DNA of 64,000 nucleotides from an uncultured Gammaproteobacteria bacterium (GCA_963695445.1 CAVOGV010000061.1:141715-205714), one strand, 5' to 3'; counted from the stretch's first letter, positions 24,597-35,237 are shown. Numbers and translations: made by a program. Notes: a model not told the origin generated them from the letters alone.

Positions 24597-25475
24597 ATGC
24601 CCAGCGCGCCAGTCATACCGAGCGCCGGTGAATCTGCGCCATTGAGGGCTTTGGTCAACGGACGCGAACAGGGCTTTGTCAGCATCGCCGACCGCGGCCT
24701 GCTCTATGGCGACGGTCTGTTCGAGACCATCGCGGTGCGCAGCCAGGCGCCCTGTCGCTGGTCCGCGCATCTCGCGCGGCTGAATCGCGGCGCCGATCGG
24801 CTGCGCATCCCACGGGTCGACCCTGCGCTGCTGCGCTCCGAGGCGGCGGCGCTGCTCGCGGGCGTCGATCACGGCGTGCTCAGATTGACCTTAACCAGAG
24901 GCCAGGGCGGCCGGGGCTATCGGCCGGCGGCCAATCCGACCCCTACCCGCATAATGGCGCTCTATCCCAGCCCGCCTATCCAAGACGATCTCGCGACCCG
25001 CGGTGTCGCGCTGACGTTCTGTCGGGCGCGCCTCGGCGACAACCCCTTGCTCGCCGGAATCAAGCACCTGAACCGGCTGGAGCAGGTCCTCGCGCGCGCG
25101 GAATGGGATGATCCAGGGATCATTGACGGGCTGATGACTGACAGCCGGGGATGCGTGATCTGTGGCACCATGAGCAACCTGTTTTTGGTGCAGGGTGACG
25201 GCCTGATCACCCCGCGGCTTGTGCGCTGCGGGGTTGCCGGCACGGTGCGCGAACTCGTCTCGGAGCGGGCCCTGGCCCTCGGCATCCCGCTGGTCGAGCG
25301 CGACATCCGGACCGAGGAGTTGTATCGCGCTAGGGGACTGTTCGTGACCAATGCGCTGCTCGGGCTGCTGCCAGTGGCACGGCTGGGTACGAGGCGCTAC
25401 GATCCAGGCGCTGCGCCGACCGCGTTGGTCGAGCAAGTGCAGCAGGCCGTGTTTGAGCCGGAGACGCAGACTTGA
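24597..25475 (+). CDS. pabC: Aminodeoxychorismate lyase
   Basis: DRGLLYGDGLFET, GIKHLNRLEQVL; fabF-pabC-mltG synteny. Confidence 0.93.
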   Translation: MPSAPVIPSAGESAPLRALVNGREQGFVSIADRGLLYGDGLFETIAVRSQAPCRWSAHLARLNRGADRLRIPRVDPALLRSEAAALLAGVDHGVLRLTLTRGQGGRGYRPAANPTPTRIMALYPSPPIQDDLATRGVALTFCRARLGDNPLLAGIKHLNRLEQVLARAEWDDPGIIDGLMTDSRGCVICGTMSNLFLVQGDGLITPRLVRCGVAGTVRELVSERALALGIPLVERDIRTEELYRARGLFVTNALLGLLPVARLGTRRYDPGAAPTALVEQVQQAVFEPETQT

Positions 25476-26500
25476 AGAATATCCTCGCGACGCTCGTCAT
25501 TCTGGGCCTGGTCGGCGGTGGCATCGCCTGGGCTGGCTGGTCTTGGTATCAGCGTTTCCTGGCGCAGCCGGTCGTGCTGGAGCAGGACACGGAGTTGTTC
25601 ATGGTTCCACAGGGGGCAACCCTGCGTGGCGTTGCCCACGATCTAGCGGATCGGCGTTGGATTTCGAGCCGCTTCCTGTTCACGGTGCTGGCTTATCAGA
25701 CACACCAACAGGAGGCGATCAAGGCCGGCGAGTATGCCATCACGGCGGGCATGTTGCCGGCTGATCTTCTGGCACTCTTGACGAGTGGCAAATCGGTACA
25801 GTTTCCAGTGACTTTTATTCCCGGCATCACCTTTCGCGAGGCGGTGAAACGGGTTTTCGACTCGGACGTCTTCGATATCGAACTGGCCGATGTATCCACC
25901 GCCGAGCTGATGCAACGCATTGGCATCGAGGACGGCCACCCGGAGGGCTGGTTGTTCCCCGATACCTATCTGTTCGACCGCGGCACCAGCGATATCGAGA
26001 TCCTCTCCCGCGCACACCGACGCATGCGCGAGGTGCTGGACGAAGAGTGGGCAAAGCGCGACCAAGGGCTGCCGTTGGAGACGCCTTATCAGGCCCTAAC
26101 GCTGGCTTCGATCGTCGAAAAGGAGACGGGACTTGCCTCCGAACGACCGCAGATTGCCGGCGTTTTCGTCCGTCGTTTGCAAAAGGGCATGAAACTGCAA
26201 ACCGACCCGACCGTGATCTATGGCATGGGCGAGGATTTCGACGGCAATATCCGGCGCGAAGACCTGACTCGCCCGACCCCCTACAACACCTATGTGATCC
26301 AGGGTCTGCCACCGACGCCGATCGCGCTGCCGGGACGGGAGGCGATCCACGCGGTGCTGCATCCGGCGGACGGCGATGCCCTTTACTTCGTCGCCCGTGG
26401 CGACGGCAGTCATCACTTCTCGGCAACACTGGACGAGCACAACTGCGCCGTGCGTCACTATCAATTGAACAAACCCTGTCCAACCCTGGTGGAGCAATAG
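25472..26500 (+). CDS. mltG: Endolytic transglycosylase MltG
   Basis: EGWLFPDTY, ASIVEKE, LQTDPT, YNTY, GLPPTPI; TTG start. Confidence 0.95.
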   Translation: MKNILATLVILGLVGGGIAWAGWSWYQRFLAQPVVLEQDTELFMVPQGATLRGVAHDLADRRWISSRFLFTVLAYQTHQQEAIKAGEYAITAGMLPADLLALLTSGKSVQFPVTFIPGITFREAVKRVFDSDVFDIELADVSTAELMQRIGIEDGHPEGWLFPDTYLFDRGTSDIEILSRAHRRMREVLDEEWAKRDQGLPLETPYQALTLASIVEKETGLASERPQIAGVFVRRLQKGMKLQTDPTVIYGMGEDFDGNIRREDLTRPTPYNTYVIQGLPPTPIALPGREAIHAVLHPADGDALYFVARGDGSHHFSATLDEHNCAVRHYQLNKPCPTLVEQ

Positions 26501-26504
26501 CTCC

Positions 26505-27176
26505 GTGACGGCAGCACGCGGGCGATTCATCACGCTTGAAGGCATCGAAGGGGCCGGCAAATCGACCCAGCGCGACATCGTGCGTGAAAGTTTGCTCGCG
26601 GCAGGAGTGGAAGTTACGCTGACCCGGGAGCCCGGCGGTTCCGCGATCGCCGAACGCATTCGGGCGCTGTTATTGGATAACCTCAATCGGGGCATGAACG
26701 CGGACGCCGAATTGCTGCTCATGTTCGCGGCCCGTGCCGAACACCTGCACAAGACCATCTTGCCAGCCCTCGAGGTCGGGCGCTGGGTGCTGTGCGATCG
26801 GTTTACGGACGCAACCTATGCGTACCAGGGCGGTGGGCGAGGCCTGCCGCGGGAGCGCATCGCGGTGCTGGAACAGTTCGTTCAAGGGGCGCTGCGTCCC
26901 GATTTAACCCTCTGGTTTGATCTGCCTGCCGCGACCGGTCTTGCCCGGGCAAGCGGTCGCTCGGTTCCAGACCGATTCGAGTCCGAGACGCTCGCGTTCT
27001 TCGAGCAGGTCGGGGCCGAATACCGACGTATCGCGGAGGACGACCCAGCTAGGGTACGCCGAATCGATGCGGCTCGGGGACTGGACGTGGTGTCGGCGGA
27101 CGTGCGGCGAGTCATCGGCGACTATGTCGATGCGGTCGGCCACGACCTCGGCGGAGTTCCAAGTCGATCGCCATGA
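26505..27176 (+). CDS. tmk: Thymidylate kinase
   Basis: EGIEGAGKST, TREPGG, CDRF, YQGGGR. Confidence 0.96.
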   Translation: MTAARGRFITLEGIEGAGKSTQRDIVRESLLAAGVEVTLTREPGGSAIAERIRALLLDNLNRGMNADAELLLMFAARAEHLHKTILPALEVGRWVLCDRFTDATYAYQGGGRGLPRERIAVLEQFVQGALRPDLTLWFDLPAATGLARASGRSVPDRFESETLAFFEQVGAEYRRIAEDDPARVRRIDAARGLDVVSADVRRVIGDYVDAVGHDLGGVPSRSP

Positions 27177-28204
27177 GCCAGGCGCTGTCCCCGCCATTGC
27201 CACCCTTCGAGCCCTTGCCCTGGCTCCAGCCCCATTGGCAGCGTCTTTGGCAGACGCGTCGCAACGACCGGTTGGGACATGCGATGCTCCTGAGCGGGCC
27301 GGCTGGGGTCGGCAAGCGCCACTTCGCGGACGTACTGTCTGCGGCCTTGATGTGTACGCAGCCAGGCACCGATGGCAAGCCCTGCGGCACTTGTGCCGAC
27401 TGTAAACTGATGGCCTCGGGTAGCCACCCAGACCTGGTGCATCTGGGCCCTGATCCCGAGTCGAAGAGCGGTGAGATCAAGGCCGATGCGGTGCGCGAAT
27501 TGTGCAGCAGGCAGTCGTTAACGGCCAATCGCGGTCCGCGTGCGGTGCTGCAAATCGCGCCGGCGGAGGCGATGAACCCTTTTGCCGCGAACAGCCTGTT
27601 GAAAACGTTGGAGGAGCCAGCAGATTCAACGCTCCTGATGCTGATCTCGGAAGATCCGAGTCGACTCCCTGCCACCGTGACCAGCCGCTGCCAGCGCGTG
27701 ACCATGTTGCCTCCGGATGCCGACACCGCACTTGCCTGGCTATCGGCGCGTCTCGACAATGCGCAGGGTCGCGATATCGGGCTTCTGCTGCGGCTTGCCC
27801 AGGATGCGCCGTTGCGGGTACTTGCGGCAGCGGATGCGCACTGGTTGCGGCTGCGCGACGAGAGCTTTCGCCAATTCCAAGCCGTTGCGGAGGGGCGCGA
27901 GGACCCGCTGAAGGCCGCTGGCGCTTGGCAGCAACAGGAGCCGGCGCTAGTATTGGAGTGGCTCGCGGGCTGGGTCAGTGACCTGTTGCGCATTGGCCGC
28001 GATCGCAATGCAAACTATCTGAGCAATCCGGACCTGCGCGCGGAGTTGGCGGCGCTGTCGGGCAGGCTCAGACCCGCCGCCGCCCATCAGCTGCTGCAAC
28101 AGATCTTCAAAGCCAGGGCACTGGCGACGTCGACCATCAACAAGCAATTGTTGTTCGAATCACTGCTTGTTCGCTGGGCATCCCTGACAACCAGGACACA
28201 CTGA
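27173..28204 (+). CDS. holB: DNA polymerase III delta' subunit
   Basis: PCGTCADC, HPD, AANSLLKTLEEP, SRCQ. Confidence 0.95.
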   Translation: MSQALSPPLPPFEPLPWLQPHWQRLWQTRRNDRLGHAMLLSGPAGVGKRHFADVLSAALMCTQPGTDGKPCGTCADCKLMASGSHPDLVHLGPDPESKSGEIKADAVRELCSRQSLTANRGPRAVLQIAPAEAMNPFAANSLLKTLEEPADSTLLMLISEDPSRLPATVTSRCQRVTMLPPDADTALAWLSARLDNAQGRDIGLLLRLAQDAPLRVLAAADAHWLRLRDESFRQFQAVAEGREDPLKAAGAWQQQEPALVLEWLAGWVSDLLRIGRDRNANYLSNPDLRAELAALSGRLRPAAAHQLLQQIFKARALATSTINKQLLFESLLVRWASLTTRTH

Positions 28205-28205
28205 T

Positions 28206-28565
28206 ATGGAATCCGAGCGGGCTGGCGTCGGACGCCAGCGCATCCTCAGCTTCACCATCAAGGACAAACAGGCCCTGTACGCTGCCTACATGCCGTTCAT
28301 CAAGAATGGCGGCCTGTTTATTCCGACCACCAAGCGCTACAAGCTGGGGGATGAACTGTTCCTGCTGTTACAGCTGATGGACGAGAAAGAACGCATCCCG
28401 GTGGCCGGCAAGGTGGTCTGGATTACGCCGCTGGGTGCCGAGGGCAATCGCCAGGTCGGCATCGGCATTCAGTTCAGCGATCAGGACAAGGGCGACGCGC
28501 GGCGCAAGATCGAGGAATACCTGGCCGGCAGTCTCGAAGGCGAGCGTCCGACCCACACCATGTGA
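28206..28565 (+). CDS. pilZ: Type IV pilus PilZ protein
   Basis: LYAAYMPFIKNGGLFIPT..VVWITP..PTHTM; holB-pilZ-tatD synteny. Confidence 0.95.
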   Translation: MESERAGVGRQRILSFTIKDKQALYAAYMPFIKNGGLFIPTTKRYKLGDELFLLLQLMDEKERIPVAGKVVWITPLGAEGNRQVGIGIQFSDQDKGDARRKIEEYLAGSLEGERPTHTM

Positions 28566-28648
28566 TCATCAGCGCCGCTGGGCTCTTCACCCGCTTCGGA
28601 TGCCACGCCGATGGTCACCGGCCCAAGCGATCCGCACGCCATCTCATC

Positions 28649-29453
28649 ATGCTAGTCGATTCCCATTGCCACCTCGACCGCGTCGACCTGACTCCCTACG
28701 GCGGTTGCTTCGACGATCTGATACAACAGACGCGCGCCGAAGGGGTGGGGCACATGCTCTGCGTCTGCATCGATCTGGAGCACTACGCCGCGATGCGCGC
28801 GCGTGTTTCTCCCTATCAGGATGTGTCCGTGTCCGTCGGCGTTCATCCGAACGAAGGGCCGGACGGGGCGAAGCGGCGTGAGCCCACCGTCGACGAACTG
28901 GTCGGCGCTGGCGGCTGATCCGGCGGTGGTTGCCATCGGCGAGACCGGACTCGACTATCACTATAACGACGGCGATCTGGACTGGCAGCGTGCGCGTTTC
29001 CGCGTTCACATCGACGCCGCGCGGCGCTGTGGCAAGCCGCTGATCATCCACACCCGCGACGCGCGGGAAGACACCATCAGCATCATGCGGGAGGCGCAGG
29101 CACGCGACGTGGGTGGTGTCATGCACTGCTTCACCGAGAGCTGGGACATGGCCCGGCAGGCGCTGGAACTGGGTTTCTACATCTCGTTCTCGGGCATCCT
29201 GACCTTCAAGAACGCGGAGCAGTTGCGCGACGTGGCGAGCCGAGTGCCGCTCGATCGGCTGCTGATCGAGACCGACTCGCCGTACTTGGCGCCGGTGCCC
29301 TACCGCGGCAAGAAAAACGAGCCACGCTATGTCTTGCAGGTGGCCGACAAGATCGCCGAGCTGCGCGGTCTGGATCGGGAGGGGGTGGCCCGCATTACTG
29401 CGGACAATTTCTTTCGGCTGTTCGCGGGCGCGAGTAGGTCAGCCGTCGACTGA
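28649..29453 (+). CDS. TatD family hydrolase (YcfH-like); +1 frame break near 28905
   Basis: DSHCHL, GVHP, then IGETGLDY, IIHTR, MHCF, ETDSPYLAP in the next frame. Confidence 0.93.
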
Positions 29454-29586
29454 TCCGGGTGAACCTTCGTTCGGTCGTGGTGAGCCACTCTTTCTGGGTC
29501 TGAATGGTCACGGCCATTCGAGTCCGCGCTAGCCGTGAGATGCCGCGCTGCACTGCCGGTTGGGTTGCCGTGCAACCGACAACGGT

Positions 29587-29620
29587 TGCGGCTGACGCAG
29601 CGTTACCTGCGTCAGCCGCA
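29587..29620. terminator. Perfect 14-bp hairpin between convergent genes
   Basis: TGCGGCTGACGCAG-CGTTAC-CTGCGTCAGCCGCA. Confidence 0.6.
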
Positions 29621-29634
29621 TACGCGCTAAGCCC

Positions 29635-31192
29635 TCAACCCTTGTCGTTGGCGATCTGATCGCCGCAGCGGGTGACGCCAGCGGGTGTGAATTTTCCCTT
29701 CTCGTTCTTCAGCGCCTTGCGCATTGCATCGCACACCGTCGTTAGCACCTTGACGCGCGCATAGGGCTTGTCGTCGCCTTCCACCAGCGTCCAGGGGGCA
29801 TGCTCCGTGCTCGTCCGCGCGACCATCTCGTTGACGGCGGACTTGTATTCAGGCCCCTTCTCGCGATTGCGCCAGTCCTCGTCGGTGATCTTGTAGCGCT
29901 TGTACGGGGTGTCCTCGCGGTCCTGGAAGCGGCGCAACTGTTCCTCATCGCTGACCTGGAGCCAGAACTTCAGCAGGATCGCGCCGTTCTCGACCAGTTG
30001 TTCCTCGAATTCGTTGATCTCACTGTAGGCCCGGCGCCAATCCGCTTCGGATGCGAAGCCCTCGACGCGCTCCACCAGCACGCGGCCGTACCACGAGCGG
30101 TCGTAGATGATCATGTGCCCGGCGCGCGGGACATGACGCCAGAATCGCCAAAGGTAGTGGTGGGCCTTTTCTTCGTCGGTCGGGGCAGCGACCGACATGG
30201 TGCGGTAGAGGCGTGCGTCGACGGCGCTGGTGATACGCCGGATCGCGCCCCCCTTGCCACCGGCATCCACACCTTCGAATACCAGCACCACGGAACGGCG
30301 CTGTTTGTAGGCCTCCCAGCTCAGTTCGTTGATCTCCTGCTGCAGCTTGCTGAGCGCCATCCTTGTACGGGCCTCGCTCCAGCTTTAGCGTCATATCCAT
30401 CTGATCCAGCAGCGTAATCTGGGCGCTGGCGGATTCCGGCAGATTCAGCGGGTCTGCTGGCGTCGGCGGCTCCATCGGTACCGGCTGATTGAGACGGGAA
30501 CGAATTGCCTGGAGCAGGGTCTTGCCGACGGTCAGGTCGCGATAGCGGACGTCTTCGGCCTCGATCAAATACCAGGGCGCAATGCCCCGGTCGGTCTGGC
30601 GGATGACGCGCTCGGCCACATGCTCGAAATGCTGGTACTGCTCCGAGAATTTGGACTTCTGCGGCAACATCTTCCAGCGACTGCGGTCGTCGCGGGAGAG
30701 TTCCTTGAGCCGGCGTTTCTGGTCCGGCTCCGACAGGTGGAACCAGAATTTCACGACCAGGGCGCCGTCCTGGGTCAGCATGCGCTCGAAGTCGACGATG
30801 CGGCTGAGTTCCGCATCCAGCGCCGCGTCGTCGCACAGGCCCTGGAAACGGTGCTCGATCGGCGCCAGATACCAGCCACCGAACAGGATCGAGATCTCGC
30901 CACGCGGCGGCATGGTGCGCCAGAAGCGCCAGTAGCGTGGCCGTTCGCGCTCCTCGTCGCTCAGTTCCCAAAAGGCGAACGTCTGAACGCCGCGGGTGTC
31001 GAGCCATTCGTTGAGTCGATTCACAACCTCGCCCTTGCCGGCTGCCTCGACACCGGAGACGATGACGATCACCGGCGTGTTGCTTTCCTGCAATTCCCGC
31101 TGCGCCTCGAGCAGCTGGGTTCGCAGTTCGTCACGCTGCCCCTTGAACTCGTCTTTGCTGACCGTTCGGCCAACCTTTGTTGCTTCGAACAT
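29635..31192 (-). CDS. pap: Polyphosphate:AMP phosphotransferase (two-domain PPK2); +1 frame break near 30360
   Basis: Degenerate N-domain (GVEAAGKG) and C-domain FEGVDAGGKGG, WRFWRH, DRSWYGRVLVERVEG. Confidence 0.92.
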
Positions 31193-31239
31193 TGCGATAC
31201 CCCTTTGAATGGTGATGCGCGCGGCGGCTTATGTCCGTT

Positions 31240-31707
31240 TCACGCCAGCTGCGTCGCCTTGCTTTGGTTTGGGCTCTGAATTGGGCGGCTGCGTCCGTCG
31301 GCGCCAACGGCAACATAGATAAAACGGCCCGTTGCCACCTGCTGCTCGTCTTCCGGCCGGGCCTCGCGTCGCGCACGCACGTCGACCTCGACGGTCATGG
31401 AACTGGTGCCCTCCTGCAGCAGCCGCGCGTGCAGTTCCACCAGGTCACCGACTCGGACCGGCGCAAGGAAATGGAAATCGTTGACGGCGGCGGTCGCGAC
31501 GCGTCCGCGCGATCGAGCGATGGCGATGGTGGCACCCGCGACGTCTGCCTGGGACAACAGCCAGCCGCCGAAGATATCGCCGTACTGATTGGTGTCTGCC
31601 GGCATCGTCAGCACGCGAAGCGCCAGCTGCCATTGGTAAAAATCGTCGGGCGTGCGCGAGCCGGGCGTATCGGTGGATTGGACCTGTGCGTCAGTGCTGA
31701 TCGTCAT
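31240..31707 (-). CDS. Acyl-CoA thioesterase (YciA-like hotdog fold)
   Basis: MPADTNQYGDIFGGWLLSQAD, RVAT, PVRVGD. Confidence 0.9.
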   Translation of the reverse strand: MTISTDAQVQSTDTPGSRTPDDFYQWQLALRVLTMPADTNQYGDIFGGWLLSQADVAGATIAIARSRGRVATAAVNDFHFLAPVRVGDLVELHARLLQEGTSSMTVEVDVRARREARPEDEQQVATGRFIYVAVGADGRSRPIQSPNQSKATQLA

Positions 31708-32938
31708 GTGTCGGGATAGTCGCATAACGGCAAGATTGCATGCAGCAATCGGTCATCAAATCGGTCATCAAACGGTCATCAGTGCGAGGGAGTTCCCGAG
31801 CAACCGCCAGCGTCAGGTCGATTGCCCGCTGTAGCTGTTCCATCGGCGTATAAAAATGAGGCGAGAAGCGGAGACCGCCGCCGCGGCTTGCGCACATCAG
31901 GTCACGCTGCATCAGGGCTTTGTACAGGACCTGTTGATTGACGCCGGGGACGCGGAAGGTGACGATGCCGGCGCGTCGCTCCGGTGCACGCGGACTTAGC
32001 AATTCCAGACCGCCGGCGTCGATCAGTTCCACCAGTCGCTCGACTCGCTCGGCGATGGCGGACGCGACCTGATGCGTACCGACCTCTTGCAGCACCGCTA
32101 GGCTGGCCTCCAGGGCGTGCACGCCGAGCATGTTCGGGCTGCCACACTCGAAGCGCCTGGCGTCCATCGCCGGCCGCCAGTCGGCGCGCTCGAAGTCGCC
32201 CATGTCCTCCACCATGTGCCAGCCGAACTGCGTCAACCGCAGCGTCTCGCGCAGCTCCGGTCGGCACCAGAACAGGGCGAGGCCCTCCGGGCCGAGCATC
32301 CACTTGTGCCCATCCGCGGCGACGAAGTCGACCGCAATCCGCGTGAGATCGAAGGGCAGGGCACCGAGGCCTTGAATGCCGTCGACACAGAACAGGATGC
32401 CGCGTTGCCGGCATGCGCGGCCAAGTCGCTCCAGGTCCAACCGCAGTCCCCGCGCGTACTGGACCCAACTCACGGCCAGCACGCGGGTTCGCGCGTCGCA
32501 CAGTGACAGCAGGTCTTCCTCCGGGGTCGCACTGCGATCCAGATCCAGGGCACGCCAGCTCACCCCGCGCTCTCCCAGCGCCTCCCAAACGATCCGGTTT
32601 GACGGAAACTCCTGCTGGATGCCGACCACGTTGTCGCCGTCCTGCCAGGGCAGGCCCTGGGCGACCATCGACAACGCCTCCGAGGTGCTCTTGGTGAGCG
32701 CGATGTCGCCGGCCGATTCCGCGCCGATCAGGGCGGCGAGGCGCTCCCGCAGCCGAGCCTCTGTCGCCATCCAGTGCGGGTAGTGCTTCGAGCCGGTGGC
32801 GCCGTTGTCCGCCGCAAACTGCTGTACCGCTTGCACCGCCCTGCGCGGCCAGGGTGAAACGGCGGCGTGGTTCAGGTACAAAATGTCCTGCAGGTCGAAG
32901 TGCTCAAACACGGGGTAGACTCCCAAGGGGTCGGGCAA
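31691..32938 (-). CDS. Class V PLP-dependent enzyme (cysteine desulfurase/lyase-like)
   Basis: YLNHAAVSP, EFPSN, VDGIQ, PLP lysine in DGHKWMLGPEG, RFSPHFY; 3' tail uncertain. Confidence 0.88.
   Translation of the reverse strand: MPDPLGVYPVFEHFDLQDILYLNHAAVSPWPRRAVQAVQQFAADNGATGSKHYPHWMATEARLRERLAALIGAESAGDIALTKSTSEALSMVAQGLPWQDGDNVVGIQQEFPSNRIVWEALGERGVSWRALDLDRSATPEEDLLSLCDARTRVLAVSWVQYARGLRLDLERLGRACRQRGILFCVDGIQGLGALPFDLTRIAVDFVAADGHKWMLGPEGLALFWCRPELRETLRLTQFGWHMVEDMGDFERADWRPAMDARRFECGSPNMLGVHALEASLAVLQEVGTHQVASAIAERVERLVELIDAGGLELLSPRAPERRAGIVTFRVPGVNQQVLYKALMQRDLMCASRGGGLRFSPHFYTPMEQLQRAIDLTLAVARELPRTDDRLMTDLMTDCCMQSCRYATIPTHDDQH
31747..31781. repeat. Short tandem repeat, 12-bp unit x~3
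   Basis: AATCGGTCATCA AATCGGTCATCA AACGGTCATCA. Confidence 0.85.
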
Positions 32939-32997
32939 TTGCGTCGATGGCGTATGGTGTCAGCGGCTCGTGATCATCGAGACGGCCCGCGTGCGGC

Positions 32998-34023
32998 TCA
33001 TCCGCCAGCGGGTCGTTTGGGGCTGTCCGCGGCCCATTCGAAGGCGTCGGAAAACATATGATCCATGCTGAGGCCGCGCGCTTCGAAGGCGCCGCGACCC
33101 GCCTCGACCATGATCGGCGGGCCACTCATGTAGACATCGTATCCGGCGATGTCCGGATGGTCCTTGAGTACCGCCTCGTGCACGAAGCCGCGTCGGCCGT
33201 CCCAGTCTGCATCCGGTTCCGACAGCACGGGCACATATCGGAAGTTTGCGTGATTCTTGGCCCATTGCTCCGGTAATTCCGCCAGGTAGAGATCGCGCCG
33301 GGAGCGCGCGCCCCAATACAGGGTCATGGGGCGCTCGATGCCGAGGTGAAAGGCATGTTCCAGCAAACCCTTGACGGGCGCGAAACCGGTGCCGCCGCCG
33401 ATAAAGATCATCGGCCGCTGCGACGCCTCGCGCAGCACGAAGGTGCCGAGCGGGCCCTGGATGCGCAGGATCGCCTTCTCCTGCATCTGGTCGAAGACAA
33501 AGTCGGTAAATTCGCCGCCGGGCACGCGGCGGACGTGCAATTCGATGAGCTCGTCATCGTGCGGCGCGCTGGCCATCGAAAAGGCGCGCTTACGCCCGTC
33601 GGCAAGCATGAATTCGAGATACTGCCCCGCGAGGAACTGGAGTCGCTGTCCGTCCGGCAGCTTCAGCCGCAGGCGTATCACGTCGTGGTTGAGCATCGTC
33701 TTCTCGGCGATGCGGCAGGGCAGGGTGCGTACGGTGATCTCGGCGGCGGTTTCCAATTCCGACACGCGCAGCTTCAAGTCCGACGTCGGTACCGCCTGGC
33801 AGGTGAGGCAGGCCGTTTCCGGTTGTCCAGTCAGCGCATGGGTCTTGCCGGACGGATAGTCGACCTGGCCGCTCAGCAGTTCGGCCGTGCAACTGCCGCA
33901 CTTGCCGTCGCGGCACCCGTAGGGCAGGCCGATGCGCTGCTGGATGGCGGCCTCCAAGATGGTCTGGCCGGGTTCGACCGTGAAACTGTGCTGTCCTGGT
34001 TCGGTGTGGATGACGAAACTCAT
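32998..34023 (-). CDS. 2Fe-2S/FAD/NAD(P)H reductase (CDP-6-deoxy-delta3,4-glucoseen reductase-like)
   Basis: PYGCRDGKCGSC..LTCQA ferredoxin domain; RAFSMAS; GGTGFAP; YWG; SGPP. Confidence 0.9.
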   Translation of the reverse strand: MSFVIHTEPGQHSFTVEPGQTILEAAIQQRIGLPYGCRDGKCGSCTAELLSGQVDYPSGKTHALTGQPETACLTCQAVPTSDLKLRVSELETAAEITVRTLPCRIAEKTMLNHDVIRLRLKLPDGQRLQFLAGQYLEFMLADGRKRAFSMASAPHDDELIELHVRRVPGGEFTDFVFDQMQEKAILRIQGPLGTFVLREASQRPMIFIGGGTGFAPVKGLLEHAFHLGIERPMTLYWGARSRRDLYLAELPEQWAKNHANFRYVPVLSEPDADWDGRRGFVHEAVLKDHPDIAGYDVYMSGPPIMVEAGRGAFEARGLSMDHMFSDAFEWAADSPKRPAGG

Positions 34024-34345
34024 GATGATCCTGACGTTCGGTGGGGCGCTTGGCGGAAGCTGATGATTTCTCGTCCCTGGCGCAGTTGAGTCTGTGAGTC
34101 GAGCCATCGGTTACTCGAATCATAGTTCCATCAGTCGCATATGGACGCTGCAACGTGCGGTGCATCCTGCCCCGCTGGTCCGCAGCGCGGCGGTCAGCGC
34201 GCCCGTGGCACGACGCGCGGGTTGTCGACGGGGCGCGTGACCTTAACATGTCCCGACACCGGTACGCACTGCAAGGGGCGGTAACTCGCGGCGATCACGG
34301 CGGCCGGAGCTCATCGAACCAGAATTGCGAGGCACGTTAAGAAAC

Positions 34346-35212
34346 ATGTTCATCATCGGCTGTGGTTATGTGGGTCGGCGCGTGGCGGCGGCGCGGCGCG
34401 AGCGCGGCGAACCCGTCACGGGCATCGTTCGCACCGCGGACAGCGCCAAGGCGGTGGCGGCGCTCGGGGCCGAGCCGCTGCGATTGGATCTGGAGCATGA
34501 CCCGCTCGATGTGCTGCAGTGTGCCGGCGAACGCGTATTTCATTTCGCGCCGCCACCAGGCCCTGGGGCTGACGACCCAGCGATGGCACGCTTGTTGGAA
34601 GCGTTCGCTCGCGTTGGGCATCCTCGGCGTCTGGTCTATATCAGCACCACCGGCGTCTACGGCGACTGCGAAGGCGCCTGGGTGGACGAGACCTGGCCCG
34701 CCAGGCCGGTGGCCGAGCGTGCGTTGAGGCGCTGGGACGCCGAGCAGCAATTGCGTCGATGGAGCAGCGACAGCGGGGCGGAGTTGGTGATTCTGCGCGT
34801 GGCCGGCATTTACGCCTGCGACCGGCTGCCGCTGGCGCGCATCCGCGACGCACAGCCGGTAGTGAGCGAGGATGAGGCGCCCTGGTCGAATCGTATCCAC
34901 GTCGACGACCTGACCGCCGTGTGTCTGGCCGCGATGGAACGTGCCCCAGCCGGTGCTCTGTACAACGTTTGCGACGGCAGCCCGAGCACCATGACGGACT
35001 ATTTTTGTCGGGTGGCGGATGCAGCGGGTCTGCCGCGGCCGCCGCAGATCCCGTTGGCGGATGCACCGGGGCGGGTATCCGCTGGCATGCTCTCGTACTT
35101 GCGCGAGTCGCGTCGGCTGAGCAACCGCCGCATGTGCGACGAATTAGGCGTCCGACTGCGCTTTCCCACCCTTGCGGACGGCCTTGATGCCTGTTTTCCG
35201 GCCAAAGGCTAG
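34346..35212 (+). CDS. Atypical SDR / NAD-dependent epimerase (YeeZ-like)
   Basis: IIGCGYVG, YISTTGVYG, LRVAGIY, NRIHVDD, ESRRLSN. Confidence 0.88.
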   Translation: MFIIGCGYVGRRVAAARRERGEPVTGIVRTADSAKAVAALGAEPLRLDLEHDPLDVLQCAGERVFHFAPPPGPGADDPAMARLLEAFARVGHPRRLVYISTTGVYGDCEGAWVDETWPARPVAERALRRWDAEQQLRRWSSDSGAELVILRVAGIYACDRLPLARIRDAQPVVSEDEAPWSNRIHVDDLTAVCLAAMERAPAGALYNVCDGSPSTMTDYFCRVADAAGLPRPPQIPLADAPGRVSAGMLSYLRESRRLSNRRMCDELGVRLRFPTLADGLDACFPAKG

Positions 35213-35237
35213 CGAGGCGATGCCTCAGACCGACGAG
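35195..35237 (+). repeat. Dispersed small repeat, copy 1
   Basis: AGCGAGGCGATGCCTCAGA (35211-35229) identical at 41867-41885; 35218-35237 matches the reverse complement of 61322-61341 at 19/20. Confidence 0.75.
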
